DNA of 64,000 bases from a virus, in IMG/VR virus record IMGVR_UViG_3300023179_000032, positions 32,001 to 96,000 of that record. One strand, given 5' to 3'. Both the position numbers and the translations under genes were made by a program. Of this stretch, positions 22,101-29,852 are shown one piece after another. Every line of letters starts with the position of its first letter. Within the stretch, counting starts at the first letter, position 1. Below the pieces are notes generated by a model. It did not search any database, had not been told where the DNA came from, and saw only the letters and a list, made by a program, of their open reading frames with translations.

Positions 22101-24262
22101 TCCGTTGCAAGATTAAAATCAAATACAATATCCCCTATATTATTAATATTTTTATAGGTTAGGCTGAAGCCTAGTTCTTTATCAATAGATCCTTCGCCTT
22201 CGTTATAACTAAAAAGTCTGCATCCTTTAAAATTGGAACCTTCGTATTTTGAAGTATCATTTAGATGGAACCCTTCTTTGTCAAACAAATCAAACAAAGG
22301 TGATTGATTAAGTTTTAATTTTTGTTGACCATAGGTCCAAGTTGTGCCATTAAACCAAAACATTTTACCAGAATAAGTATTTCCACCAAGAACTAACACA
22401 GTTTGATCTAGCAGTGGATCTGTATCTTCTTCTTCAACCAAATGTATCCTACGTTTGCTTAAACCTAGATCTTCTTCATAAATGTTTAAATATTCTACTC
22501 TAAATACTTTATTTTTAACTTTTGGATCAGTGTCGGCAGTGAATATAACTCTATGTCCATTTATTAAACTTTGTCCATCAACATTATATCCTAAACTACC
22601 TTCTACAATACTAAAGACATCTTTAGTAAAATCATCAAATAGATCAATATTCTTTTTACTTCTATTCCCAAAATTAAATAATCTTAAATTAGGTTCAAAT
22701 TCTATAATAGGTCTTATAGCTCTTTGTGTTTGATCAAATATTGGTTGTTTGCCTAATATGCGAGCAGTTGTTTCTATAATATCTTTATGAAACCATCTAT
22801 TATATCTTGACCATGCATTTCTATCTAAACTACTACGATTAATAGTAATATATTCTTTGTCTAGTGCAGCATAACTTATGTTATTGTATGCAAACTGATC
22901 AAAACCACTTTGATCAAAATTTACTGGTACATTATAAGTTAAGTCTGTTACTTCCTCTAAAGTTTTTACATCTATTAATTTTATAGCAGAACCTACACCT
23001 TCTACATAAAAATCTTTATCTCTATAAAATTCAGGATATACGATTCCTCTAAACCTGATTTTCATTCCATTAGAAAATTGTAGTCCATTACCAAAAAAAT
23101 CTTTTTTACCAACTATTTCATTTTCAACATCTATAGTTGTATTTTCATCTAAATCAAATATTTTTATGATTCCACTAGTATCTGGATTAGTTTCACTAAC
23201 ATAATACAATAAATCAGGAGTTTTTGGACTAATTTTTAATTCTAAAACACCATTTTTAACATTAAAATTTTTAGTTTCAACTAGTTTATTGTTTACATAT
23301 TCATAAGTTTTTATACCATCAATAAACCTAAACCTATCATTAAGTTTAATCTTAAAAAAATCCACAATAACTACATCATTAGTTGTAATGTTGGTTTCTA
23401 AAATAAGGACTTTTTTATTGTTTTCATTTATAACAAATGTAAATTTGTCTTGATTTAGTTTAACACCGTTAATGTATACTTCAGTTAGTAGTTGTGTAAC
23501 ATCCTCTGTATCTGTTAATACTTCAATAACAAAATTATTTTCGCCGTGTTGTGTAAAATTAAACTCTTGAGTTGCATAAAAATTAGGAATACCACTACTA
23601 ACACGTTCTGTTTTTATACTAAATGGATGATCAGGTGCATTAATTTCAAATCTATAAGTTTCACCTCTATATAATCTTAAATCAGGGTTACGTGTTAGTG
23701 CATCTGGTGTAAACAAATAAGCAAAATTATCACCCTCATCTACTAGTTCAACTTTTAAAGTACTAACTATGTCTAAAGTTTTTGTTCCTTTAAAAGGAAT
23801 AGCTTCTGGTCCATAAGGTAACCAATAGTATTGTAAGTAATTTACAAACTTATCCCAATTAATATGTGGATTCCAACTATAGAATTCCTCTTTATTTAGG
23901 CGTTGATGATTATTAACTATACCACCTAATACCTCAATATTGTTAATATAGTCAATATAGTCTTTATAAAATACAGTATCACCTAGATAATTTTCGTAGA
24001 CTAAACAAGGTTCAAGTTGATAAGCTGCACGATTAGATGTGACTTCATCTAAAAATATATCAGTTCCTATATTAGCTTTACTATTTTGTCTGCCAATATA
24101 ACCGTTTAATTTTTTTGCAGTTCCACGTTGAATAAGATTATCAATAGTTCCTGCTAAAAACTTCTTATTGCTGTCAGTTCTATAGTAGGTAGGTAAAAAT
24201 TTTTCAGATTTTCTTTTGTCAGTATTGTTTAAAGGAACTTCAAATTGGTTTTCTTCGGACAT
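10169..24262 (-). CDS. Giant baseplate wedge protein, gp7-like by position (4697 aa)
   Basis: Directly follows gp6 with a TAATG overlap; N-terminal FLPTYYRT..KKFL motif; FG-GAP/beta-propeller-like repeats (FGHSVSIS, FGYQVKF); several WxxxxxYxxxDxVxY motifs. Confidence 0.7.
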   Translation of the reverse strand: MSEENQFEVPLNNTDKRKSEKFLPTYYRTDSNKKFLAGTIDNLIQRGTAKKLNGYIGRQNSKANIGTDIFLDEVTSNRAAYQLEPCLVYENYLGDTVFYKDYIDYINNIEVLGGIVNNHQRLNKEEFYSWNPHINWDKFVNYLQYYWLPYGPEAIPFKGTKTLDIVSTLKVELVDEGDNFAYLFTPDALTRNPDLRLYRGETYRFEINAPDHPFSIKTERVSSGIPNFYATQEFNFTQHGENNFVIEVLTDTEDVTQLLTEVYINGVKLNQDKFTFVINENNKKVLILETNITTNDVVIVDFFKIKLNDRFRFIDGIKTYEYVNNKLVETKNFNVKNGVLELKISPKTPDLLYYVSETNPDTSGIIKIFDLDENTTIDVENEIVGKKDFFGNGLQFSNGMKIRFRGIVYPEFYRDKDFYVEGVGSAIKLIDVKTLEEVTDLTYNVPVNFDQSGFDQFAYNNISYAALDKEYITINRSSLDRNAWSRYNRWFHKDIIETTARILGKQPIFDQTQRAIRPIIEFEPNLRLFNFGNRSKKNIDLFDDFTKDVFSIVEGSLGYNVDGQSLINGHRVIFTADTDPKVKNKVFRVEYLNIYEEDLGLSKRRIHLVEEEDTDPLLDQTVLVLGGNTYSGKMFWFNGTTWTYGQQKLKLNQSPLFDLFDKEGFHLNDTSKYEGSNFKGCRLFSYNEGEGSIDKELGFSLTYKNINNIGDIVFDFNLATDIFKYKIVTTTITDITSNKFLQILNTSNEKVLVNGWEKNVLENTQPVIRVYKNEYELVNTTNKLIVNDFPLDMFDDKDNLDDLRLKVYINGKRLDFNQFQIRDGVVYKLVKLAEDITENDVVTLKCYTSQPKNANGYYEFPLSFQNNPLNENVESFTLGEVIDHVDSIIDSLDNFKGVYPGPGNLRDIGNLTERGTKFIQHSGSMNLSLYHLTDNNANILKAIDMAMNDYNKFKRSFIFNSEYLEDIENIKVSVDDLLRNINLNKTKSMPYYFSDMLAYNGQKHTQFKIKEFVQDQFPLSRLFNLNKLSTGATYIYVNNQQLLYKRDYEFTDQGFVKVFVKLKEDDIVDMFEYDSTDGCFIPPTPTSLGLYPKFEPKKYLDTTLQYPQNVIQGHDGSIIAAFDDFRDDLILELEKRIFNNIKIEYDPNVIDIYNYIEGSNRNTDYSKQEFNQIISSNFFKWTLLIDQDFSRTVNYKSSNPFTYNYSECQSFDKTTLDGYWRGIYKWYFDTDRIHIAPWESLGFSIKPKWWDEVYGLAPYTSDNYVLWNDLRDGVIREPNKPLRVNSKFVKPILDNIPTTDQGALLDPIATNIATGLFNNRVDKNYIFGDIGPVENAWRRSSYYSFCFLKNMILMTPNKVFSVYFDRSRIERDPSDQLVYTETGLRLQLKDLKITSVASDSERIQTSGLVNYVVDYLLSNEKKALSDYKTILSQLTNKLSHRISGYTSEEKFNLILDSRNVNSKTSVFVPKENYKVILNTSSPTKKLFYSGVIVTKVVTKLGLGYEIKGYSLSQPYFYYFPWTKKGYDINVGGISESFIVWEAQQRYVAGNIVRIGDGYYRVKTSHTSSSNPSYNLLAKLAALPIVGGADANIRSEFDPTPTILTYGSIIYSKQEVVDFLLGYQEYLKSQGFIFTNYISEINSIGDWSLSVKEFLFWTTQNWSAGSDSYRDWLQLTNYLYNDIVLYNRQFYRTIVPHISQNNFEEQYFLQIDNINSDGASAISLSPSALEISVNLEYNVVNDILNSYEYEIFRADGGKYKPEDLNFYRENGKFIVKPKNTELGIYGLGLYLVQKEHVLIIDNVTQFNDVIFNKSTGYRQERLKVYGYKTIDWNGSFDSPGFVYDEAHIQEWTSWIDYNIGDIVKYKEFYYSALTKIIGSENFDNTQWNKLATAPESKLIPNWDYKSLQFLDFYDLDSDNFDIDQQRIAQHLIGYQKRQYLSNIIKNDVSEFKFYQGMITEKGTVNSLNKLFDVLSSDGKDSFEFLEEWAIRVGRFGSTESYDEVEFALDETFFKLDPQPFEIVDEIDPSKNDFVIRYTANDIYLKPKNYDKNLWPVDDTPYPLLKTPGFCKVEMAKVILDDLSDLITMQEDSLISPSDLVSGDYVWCGFQKKINQFNDDWNIFRYNKLYSTITNVVVVSNQVQFTYNIFPNIQVNDILAITSDYDKLFGFYIVTAVDAVAKTFKIAIPVGFQLNNLNIPTVITYNFTEHRFSNIDNLLVPKYINLEINDWPYGELAWISNESYESIWKNKKVYKKTNLSNYNIEPNQEFGYRVSTNSLTTLLLVTLRKKEVFKYNFNLGTSYTVNDVVFYPTDGKFYVCISNTTNVPTDNLFWTETTSSNRQVLVYSKPYLTPLWVKKQLLFSENNVFDYGDVTAVSEDFRFIAISGIRKRNATTLERVILVYSIPQQTLVFNSDFTLTTGNRLDYLNNRIVINQHGLADGTLVKLTSLTNTIVGTEDDQEYYVKVIDSNSFILTKDVELQEVLTLKKSLPGVHYLTNLKSNQDYTYKTTIIKPGNVNLNFGTKLKFIVKENPNPNLVEYNLFVNCLGDGLYIFNPVDASLRIKIELVTPSIGFCSDFDVSKDYNNIVISDAVTKKVYVYNNSYSLIQTVENTVDRFGHSVSISSNNQYLAVGANLEDTNNFTNQGAVRIYKKTSGNFALFQTINNRNAESNEEFGYQVKFVNDDNSDTPKTLVILSRKGDAPSIDVNYTNITDSNFLTDVGRVDIFDRYNTKFIFSESLSISPTVTTEIPSITIGDNTIIIGNHNLTNSQNSRDGVVYIHEKKRNTYSWNEELHEKDPISLDWFKKIFLYNRKNNNLITYLDIINPKMGKIAGIAEQEIKFKTYYDPANYSYKNSGFISPISVDDGLAWTDAQVGMLWWDLRRAKFLDATIGDVVYNNSVWNTLFPTASIDVYEWVESRFLPSQWDELADTVDGISLGISGLSLYGDKAYSIKKSYDNLSNKVNLTYYFWVKNKKIIPNKHGRKIASIDCTTIIENPKNANIKYIKFLDKNAFSLANVTPLLDKDNILLSLQYWIQDPKNLQVHNEYKIISNNEKTSIPPYIEKKWFDSLIGFDDSGVMLPRLNIPPKLRYGIEFNPNQTMFVNRLEAVKLLVEKFNNDFKSIQVDNIDLSDFYIKDEIPHISFGLYDYIKDVYGELRFVVSQRFVQAKLEPVVFQGKITQVKIIEKGYGYQVPPSVTISGTGTNAELKLTINSVGSITNVEVLNKGLNYSASTTITVRPLSVVVRSDENTLNEWAIYHFINNNWVKVKTKDFDVTKYWYFIDWYEDGYNQFTKINHLVNDYDELLKVQSNIGDIVKVNNIGSSDDWVLALKISNDIAVDYTQIYRIVGRKNGAIQLSTDFYNFRINDQGYDGLLYDSDLYDRVGSQELRIILNSLKNKILVDNRRKIYIDLFFASIRYILKEQPFVDWIFKTSFIKVLHFVGPLRQKVNFNNDNLEDYESYIKEVKPFRTKIREFVSVYDTIESSNSLITDFDLPSYINKTGKIRTLFTQFEKNSVFIENENLFKLQPWNSWLNNTTFNVAKVQIIDQGEGYTSYPTVEITGECTRPLKIKFYINRGKIVQVDILDPGEGYYIAPQIRIRGQFTETGREASVYAILGNSLIRNSRLAVKFDRYEKESIDDVLNVNVIDTFTGDGSTITFELRYSPDIDRTKFKVFVDNVEIFVTEYEVQKLTSQKKGYTVYYGSVTFDYPPGENLPIRIEYQKDFNNLNALERIKHFYKPTAGMLGIDFDQLMTGIDYGGVSISSIGFSKLNLWDGEFSWASKGWDSGEPTDDEIYDTIIEGGNLAANPTYRTASGIRADDIIIDGDGFITPMTSPAPEEMIPGHVADTLAIKVFERNITVTSEINCIRYITDGVTKEFKLTSYPNNEKAIIVKLNDDILIGDDYYFDYNNLNVILLNTPPAGQNLSILGFGFNGTNLITIDSIVATEENTTIVLDADYQDNISVYTVVAGKPISNIPFKTRGAWQSNVSYKLNDEVVYQTKVYQSLIDNNFSNLPLVYSQEDRDFVVNSKYWVKILDDVESYIKVGKIGVTFPEVLNVGDVVLYSVFLGSSSDQSILTREIITTDGVNQFYRLDNIVGYKTPLGPNTLVRVGDTILDSVDQFRFILKNRQVTYPIPLNKGDLDVYSTTDYEVFINSIKVPDAIAYSLNLLEKTITIKPNYYKENAEVTVSITKFAEYRIDNDLGYSRIRLRTVYPLGTQVEILAMTNHDLLDIGRFYLTIEKNVNNLIDSIYYPVLIEASGGVLYFDTQIKNSNYVWVTKNQKLLVPLTDYILREDRRSIRFTETPNEDDRFGIITFSSNVNRIPVRFMIFKDMLNNYSYIRLNKNRTTRLLRNLNATDKDIYIEDSSVISEANRISNVPGVVYINGERIEYMSRIGNKITELRRGTMGTGVPKVHKLGTEVYDIGFRETVPYKDETKTYKWLGIWDPNYRYLQDEVVNYNGQSWQQITGINYKLWESSKTYILNQQVIYNEKLYRSKQNLNVSKTPNLEPTWWELVESDITHYPSVKNLNWARTDLAFLDDSSNTLVVPWEPIVDDPDSTTNYNKRVLDLEVFVGTNRLKKIPYSIHDKTISPHSPEGDISYAADLITDGVNHGASVNKDLGFIKLREDPLNKRITIVRKQGTVWGDIGKSLSESNNKIAEFLQIDVDTYEGTKATLDSTNYTFDSDIARTDEE

Positions 24263-27200
24263 TAACGTAATCCTGCCTTACTTATAATATATTGTTGACT
24301 GACTATATTAGTATTAGTTGTGCTCATTTTGGCATTTAAAGCACTGGCTGTTACACTTTCTATAATTTCTAAATCGTCTGTAGTAGCGCCGTTAATAAAA
24401 ATTTCATCATTTTCTGCTGTAATTTCAAATAAACTACCAAATTCCAGTGTTTCCATGCGTGGCACAATTAAAATATTAACTAAAAATGGTGCTGTTCTAT
24501 TCATAACATAAGCAACTAATTCACTAAAATAAAAACTATCACCAAAATCCCAATTATCTAAAGTAAAAAACTCGTTAATTGCAGCCAGTACTTTAGATTT
24601 AAGATCATTGTCACTTATAGTTTGTTCAATATTCTTAATTAATTTAAAGCTGGCACGCAGGCTTGGTATAGCCTTAGCACCAAATAATACCTTAAATCTT
24701 ATGGGATGATATACTACTTCATCACTCATTGCCTTAATTTGGTTTAAACTTGATGCCAAGATTAAATTTAGCTGCTCTGTACTAGGTGGCATGGGTTCTT
24801 CACTTATAGATCCTAATAACCATTGTCTAAAACTTACATCATATTGTTTGGTTAATACATACAAATCCATTAGATTAGTTTGTCCAGGGTCTATTCTAGC
24901 TTCATAATCTGCACTATGAACATATTGAAATTTAATTTTATCTCTACCTTGAAATACTTTATAATCAAAATTTAGTTCCCACTTTGACTCAATTTCATTA
25001 TATCTATATAATAAACTCTCCTCAAAACTAAAAACATATTGACCATCTTTTAATAAACTTGAACTAACTTGATTCATATTTTCTAAAACAGTAACAATGG
25101 CCAAACCATCTTCTCTTTCATTGTAAACATATGAATAATCATACTGTCCTGTACTTGTTTCATATCTTTTTAATACAACAAAATTATTAAAATCTACATT
25201 TCCAATACTGGTTGTTGGGGCTACTGTATTATTAAAGATATCTGGATCATCTACAATACCATCATCATTACTGTCTTTAAAGGACAATTCAATTTTTTTA
25301 CTATTAGTGTAGCCGTCTGCTCCTAATAGTTCGTTAGTTATTTCCCAGTCAATGTCATAATTGTAAATTTGTTGTATATTAATTTTATTATTAATATTCA
25401 AAATACTAATTAGATCCTTAACTACAGTGTTAGTTTTTGTATCATAAACTTTATTTGTTTTATCAAAAAAGAATCTAATTTTCCTATCACTTTCAAAAAT
25501 ATATCTTAATTTGCGTACTTTAACTGTATAATTTTCTAAATCGCTGGTAAACAATAACAGCCAACTTGCATCTAATTTTTGATTTGATATATCACCAGTT
25601 CTAGTTACACTAAAATTATCAATTTGATTTAGATTAACTTCAAATATAACTTGCCAACTTTTAGTATCTATGTCATATCTTAATCCAAATGGCTTATTAG
25701 CAAATATTAATTCACTAATAATTGTGACTACATTATCAGTAAGGTTAGTACGCCATTTAGGTATAATTTCTTCTAGTATAGCTCCTGTTGGTAATTTTTC
25801 ATTAAAACTGATACTGCCTGTACCATCTTCTAATATTCCAGTGTTATTCAACCCCAATCCATTATTATTAATAGCAATTAGTTTAACCCAGATATAATTT
25901 GATGTATTTTCTTTATTTGCTACAAAATCAACTAGTTGATTATTACGTGTTTTTAAAAACATTTTTCCATTAGGTGCAACAAATTTTAATAAAGCCCCTA
26001 TTTCTAAATGCTTTAAATTATTATTGATATTGTAACCAATCACACTATTGTTAGTATCTTTTAGAAATCCAGTTGATAAATTACTAGCTTGAGTTTTTTG
26101 TGTCCAAGTTATATTAAAATCGTTACCAATATACTTTCTAGCAAATTTAAGATAGTAATAATTTCTTATGCTAATTTCACTAAGTGTAGGTAAAATTTTG
26201 TTTAGAACAATACCTTGAATGTCAACTTTATTTCTATAGCTAAATCTAAAACTATCTTCGTATTCTTCACGATAAAGTACACCATCATCGCTAAACAATA
26301 TTGTGTTACTATACTTGCCTGTAGGATCAATTAGATCAAAGTATCTACTAATTCCGCTACTAGTCCTGTTAATAGTTTTAATTTTTAATACATCTTGATC
26401 TACACTTAAAGGACTAATATTATAATCCTCAGCAGTGATCATTCTATTTTGAGTATAGTATGTAGCTGGTGCTTTAACTTTAACTTCTTCATCACTCTCA
26501 GTTGCACTACTATTAGCTACGCTGGTTTGTAAGCTCATTGATATACTTAAAACTTCTAACTGTCCAGTATTACTTAGATAAGAAAGATCAACACTAACAT
26601 TACGCATATCTTTTGGATTAATTGTATATGTTAGTCCATTACTAGTTCTATAATATAGCCTAAATGATCCAAACGGGATAGTAGCAAATACGCCATCACC
26701 AAATGCTAGACTAATACGATCATTAGTTCTTGTAATAACATTGTAGATGTTTTTTATATTCTTTTTAACACTATTGTATATAATATTGTTAGATTCTAAA
26801 TTAGGAACTCTTTCCCAATACTCACTTTCTATACCGTTAGCATTTAGTTTATATAACCATACATCAGTATCATTAATATTTGTGCTATCAATATCTACAA
26901 TATCATTACTTACTGGTTGTGTAAGATTAAATGAACCAGTATTCAATGTTCCTTGTTTGAACATTGTAAAGAATCCACTATTAACACTGCCTGCGCCTCT
27001 ACCATCATCTTTATATATGAATGATAATCTTCTTCCTGCAAGTGGCGGTTCTTCTGTTATTGATCCATCTTTAATTATTGTGCTTACAACTTCAAAATTC
27101 ATATTACGACCATCTACTGCTTTGCTAAAACCGTATACTGGTACACTGGTTCCTAAAGTTTGTAGCCTATATTGCTCAGATGGAATACCTATTACTTGAG

Positions 27201-27729
27201 CAGAATTATTAGGACTGCCAAACTGTGCAGTAATTGGTAATGCTGCGTTGACTACTCTAATAAATTGATCGAGCCAGTTAGGGTTTGATGGGTCATTCCA
27301 TATAATTTCTTGATTGCTTACGTTGCGTCCATTGCCATCAATTACATCTTCAGTAGTGCTTATACTTTCCCATTTCAATAATCCTGTAGCTGTCTTATTC
27401 CTTTTAGCATTATAGCTCAGTGTTCTTGATAGTCTTAATATACTTTCTCTACGTTCTGCTAGTTCTAAAAAATTTTCTCTAGCGTTTAAATCCACTCTAA
27501 AAGCAAAACTTTGCCCTAAAAAAGCCATCATATCAATCAAGGCTAGATATTCACTGCTTTCAATATAATCATTAAAATCTTCTGGATAGTTTTCACGTAT
27601 ATAATTAATCATCACTCTACGCAGATTTTCAAAGTCATAGCTGGTAAAATCAGCGTTTTTATAGCTTTGATAAATTCTTTTCCAGTCTTCGGCTATGAGT
27701 AATCTGTTTTGTCTATCGGTGGCTGACAT
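24262..27729 (-). CDS. gp6: Baseplate wedge subunit gp6-like (1155 aa)
   Basis: DFTSYDFENLR..YIRENYPEDFNDY..SSEY.ALIDMMAF.G...FR.D..ARENFL..AERRESIL and APATYYTQNRMITAEDY (baseplate J-like) motifs; follows gp25. Confidence 0.85.
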   Translation of the reverse strand: MSATDRQNRLLIAEDWKRIYQSYKNADFTSYDFENLRRVMINYIRENYPEDFNDYIESSEYLALIDMMAFLGQSFAFRVDLNARENFLELAERRESILRLSRTLSYNAKRNKTATGLLKWESISTTEDVIDGNGRNVSNQEIIWNDPSNPNWLDQFIRVVNAALPITAQFGSPNNSAQVIGIPSEQYRLQTLGTSVPVYGFSKAVDGRNMNFEVVSTIIKDGSITEEPPLAGRRLSFIYKDDGRGAGSVNSGFFTMFKQGTLNTGSFNLTQPVSNDIVDIDSTNINDTDVWLYKLNANGIESEYWERVPNLESNNIIYNSVKKNIKNIYNVITRTNDRISLAFGDGVFATIPFGSFRLYYRTSNGLTYTINPKDMRNVSVDLSYLSNTGQLEVLSISMSLQTSVANSSATESDEEVKVKAPATYYTQNRMITAEDYNISPLSVDQDVLKIKTINRTSSGISRYFDLIDPTGKYSNTILFSDDGVLYREEYEDSFRFSYRNKVDIQGIVLNKILPTLSEISIRNYYYLKFARKYIGNDFNITWTQKTQASNLSTGFLKDTNNSVIGYNINNNLKHLEIGALLKFVAPNGKMFLKTRNNQLVDFVANKENTSNYIWVKLIAINNNGLGLNNTGILEDGTGSISFNEKLPTGAILEEIIPKWRTNLTDNVVTIISELIFANKPFGLRYDIDTKSWQVIFEVNLNQIDNFSVTRTGDISNQKLDASWLLLFTSDLENYTVKVRKLRYIFESDRKIRFFFDKTNKVYDTKTNTVVKDLISILNINNKINIQQIYNYDIDWEITNELLGADGYTNSKKIELSFKDSNDDGIVDDPDIFNNTVAPTTSIGNVDFNNFVVLKRYETSTGQYDYSYVYNEREDGLAIVTVLENMNQVSSSLLKDGQYVFSFEESLLYRYNEIESKWELNFDYKVFQGRDKIKFQYVHSADYEARIDPGQTNLMDLYVLTKQYDVSFRQWLLGSISEEPMPPSTEQLNLILASSLNQIKAMSDEVVYHPIRFKVLFGAKAIPSLRASFKLIKNIEQTISDNDLKSKVLAAINEFFTLDNWDFGDSFYFSELVAYVMNRTAPFLVNILIVPRMETLEFGSLFEITAENDEIFINGATTDDLEIIESVTASALNAKMSTTNTNIVSQQYIISKAGLR

Positions 27730-27747
27730 TAAACTATCCTTATTTGA

Positions 27748-27755
27748 TATTTATT
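27748..27755 (-). promoter_or_regulatory. T4-type late promoter (AATAAATA)
   Basis: Intergenic; 18 nt upstream of the gp6 ATG, with AAGGA Shine-Dalgarno between them. Confidence 0.75.
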
Positions 27756-27774
27756 ACGACCATTATCTACTAGT

Positions 27775-28215
27775 TTAACCCACTAGCCCCAAGCTTTGAT
27801 CGAACCTAAATTGTAACTTTTCACTAACATTATAGGGCAGATAGGTTAATTCACATTCGATTTGTATGCCAGTTTCATAAGCAGTGACAATGACATTATC
27901 TGCTGAAATTCTAGGATCATAATTTATAATTGCTGTAACATTCTCTAATACTAGTCTTTTAACATCATCAGTAAGAGGTTCAAAAATCAAGTCCCAAATT
28001 ACAGTGCCAAATGTAGGATCGCTGAGTTTTTCACCTTGTCTAATATGAAAATGATTTAACAAATCCTGTTTGATAAGACTAAGATCATATATAGTAAAAT
28101 TTTCACTATCTGGACTTACTGTGCTAAATCCTCTATAGGTACGTGGAAGAGGTGGTTGTTCAGACTGATATTTTCCCTTGACTATAATATTATCGTATAA
28201 TCGTTGTATGCTCAT
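27775..28215 (-). CDS. gp25: Baseplate wedge subunit gp25 (GPW/gp25 family)
   Basis: LIKQDLLNHFHIRQGEKLSDPTFGTVIWDLIFEPL...INYDPRI is the typical gp25 signature. Confidence 0.9.
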   Translation of the reverse strand: MSIQRLYDNIIVKGKYQSEQPPLPRTYRGFSTVSPDSENFTIYDLSLIKQDLLNHFHIRQGEKLSDPTFGTVIWDLIFEPLTDDVKRLVLENVTAIINYDPRISADNVIVTAYETGIQIECELTYLPYNVSEKLQFRFDQSLGLVG

Positions 28216-29852
28216 TTTTTCACCTTACTAAAAGTGTCATATTTTGTAGTATATTTCTTAAAATATTCAGGAGTCAATAAGAAATCACTATTATCTTCAT
28301 ACCGTCCATCTACATCCCTATCTGTTTTATCTGGTTTAAATTCAGTGGGATCCAAGTTTTCATGGTGTGGCCAAGGTTCTTTAATGGGTAAACGTCGCAA
28401 TATACTTTCTACTAATTTTTGACCTTCTTGGTCTGGTAAACTATAAGTTTTTAATTTTTGTGGCTTTTCTGCTTCTTGAGCGTTAGCTGCGGTGGCCGCC
28501 CTTGGCCCGTTCATATGAATCTGTGGTGCTGTTTCTATAATATTTCCTCCAGCTTGTGTTTCATTACTGCCACCACTAGTCATATAGATATGACCATTAA
28601 CTAATGTATCATAGTCACCACCAGTATATTGTTTATAATTTGAAGAATGCATAACATCAACATTACCCATTACTCTTTGTAATAATTCCTGTTCAATAGT
28701 TTCATGTTTTTTCATTTTAATTTGTATTTTTTGATTTTTGTCAATCATCAAGATATGATCTTCTAAAACATGAGTATGCATTTCTTTGGCTACTTTGATG
28801 TTAAAATTACGCCCTGCCTCCATATTAATATCACGATCAGCATAAAAATTAAGATCATTTTTAGTATGAACACTGATACTATCAGCAGCATATATGTCCA
28901 TCTTACCATCACTAGTAAGTTCTATCCAAGCAGTTCCTCTAGCATTACCTATATAGATTAAATCTTCTGTGTTATGCAATAATATTTGATGTCCAGTACG
29001 GGTACGTATGCGTACCAATTCATTGTGTAGTAATGTACGATCACCGTTTACTTCTCCATCTTCTACAGCAGCATATTCTGGAGGACCTTCACTAGCATTT
29101 TTAGTACGTAAAAACTTGTCATCACCATCATCCATAACAAAACTAGTACCACCTAGTCTACTGAATGGCATATTGTTTATTTCGTATTCTTTTTTACCAT
29201 ATTTGTGCATGGGTCCATCTTTATCTACTGGTCCTGGGGTACTGATACCAAATACAGCACTGGGCCATTCTCTACGTGCGCTGCTGGTTGTTATGCCTCT
29301 AATATCATCAAGTAATAATCCTTGCTCTTTATAAACTGTTGTAAATGGATGTTGTGGTTTTTCAATTCTTGTTGTATCTTTTTTAATTTGCAAGTCTGCT
29401 TTTTTATTATATTCAGCAACAGGTACACGTTCCTCTTCCCCATCAGCATGAAAACTAGTAGCAGCATAACCAGGAATCATAAAATTCATATCTTTTTCCT
29501 GTATACAGCCTAAATAATAGCCTCTTGATGGATCACCCTCTACAAACATACATACTACAACGGTACCAATATCTGGTGGCACCATCCACATGCCATAACT
29601 TTTTTGAGTTCCATCGTAGACGTTTTCTTTACTATTGGACTCACCGTTAGTAATACCTAAAAAAGGACTTATGTATTTTACACTGGCTAATTGACCAGTT
29701 CTTTTAGCATCGTTACCTACCTGTCTTAATTTTTCAACCTGTAGTGAACCCATATAGTCAGGATCTAAATGACTAACAACAATAGCTAGAACAAGTCCAG
29801 TTTCCTTACTAGATGAATCTTCATCTAAGGATTTCCTTTTCATCTCAGGCAT
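28212..29852 (-). CDS. gp5: Baseplate central spike gp5/VgrG-like protein, no lysozyme domain
   Basis: N-terminal OB-fold motif (DPDYMGSLQV..YGMWMVPPDIGTVVVCMFVEGD..YYLGC), RIRTRTGHQILL linker and C-terminal beta-helix repeats; adjacent to gp25. Confidence 0.8.
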   Translation of the reverse strand: MPEMKRKSLDEDSSSKETGLVLAIVVSHLDPDYMGSLQVEKLRQVGNDAKRTGQLASVKYISPFLGITNGESNSKENVYDGTQKSYGMWMVPPDIGTVVVCMFVEGDPSRGYYLGCIQEKDMNFMIPGYAATSFHADGEEERVPVAEYNKKADLQIKKDTTRIEKPQHPFTTVYKEQGLLLDDIRGITTSSARREWPSAVFGISTPGPVDKDGPMHKYGKKEYEINNMPFSRLGGTSFVMDDGDDKFLRTKNASEGPPEYAAVEDGEVNGDRTLLHNELVRIRTRTGHQILLHNTEDLIYIGNARGTAWIELTSDGKMDIYAADSISVHTKNDLNFYADRDINMEAGRNFNIKVAKEMHTHVLEDHILMIDKNQKIQIKMKKHETIEQELLQRVMGNVDVMHSSNYKQYTGGDYDTLVNGHIYMTSGGSNETQAGGNIIETAPQIHMNGPRAATAANAQEAEKPQKLKTYSLPDQEGQKLVESILRRLPIKEPWPHHENLDPTEFKPDKTDRDVDGRYEDNSDFLLTPEYFKKYTTKYDTFSKVKK

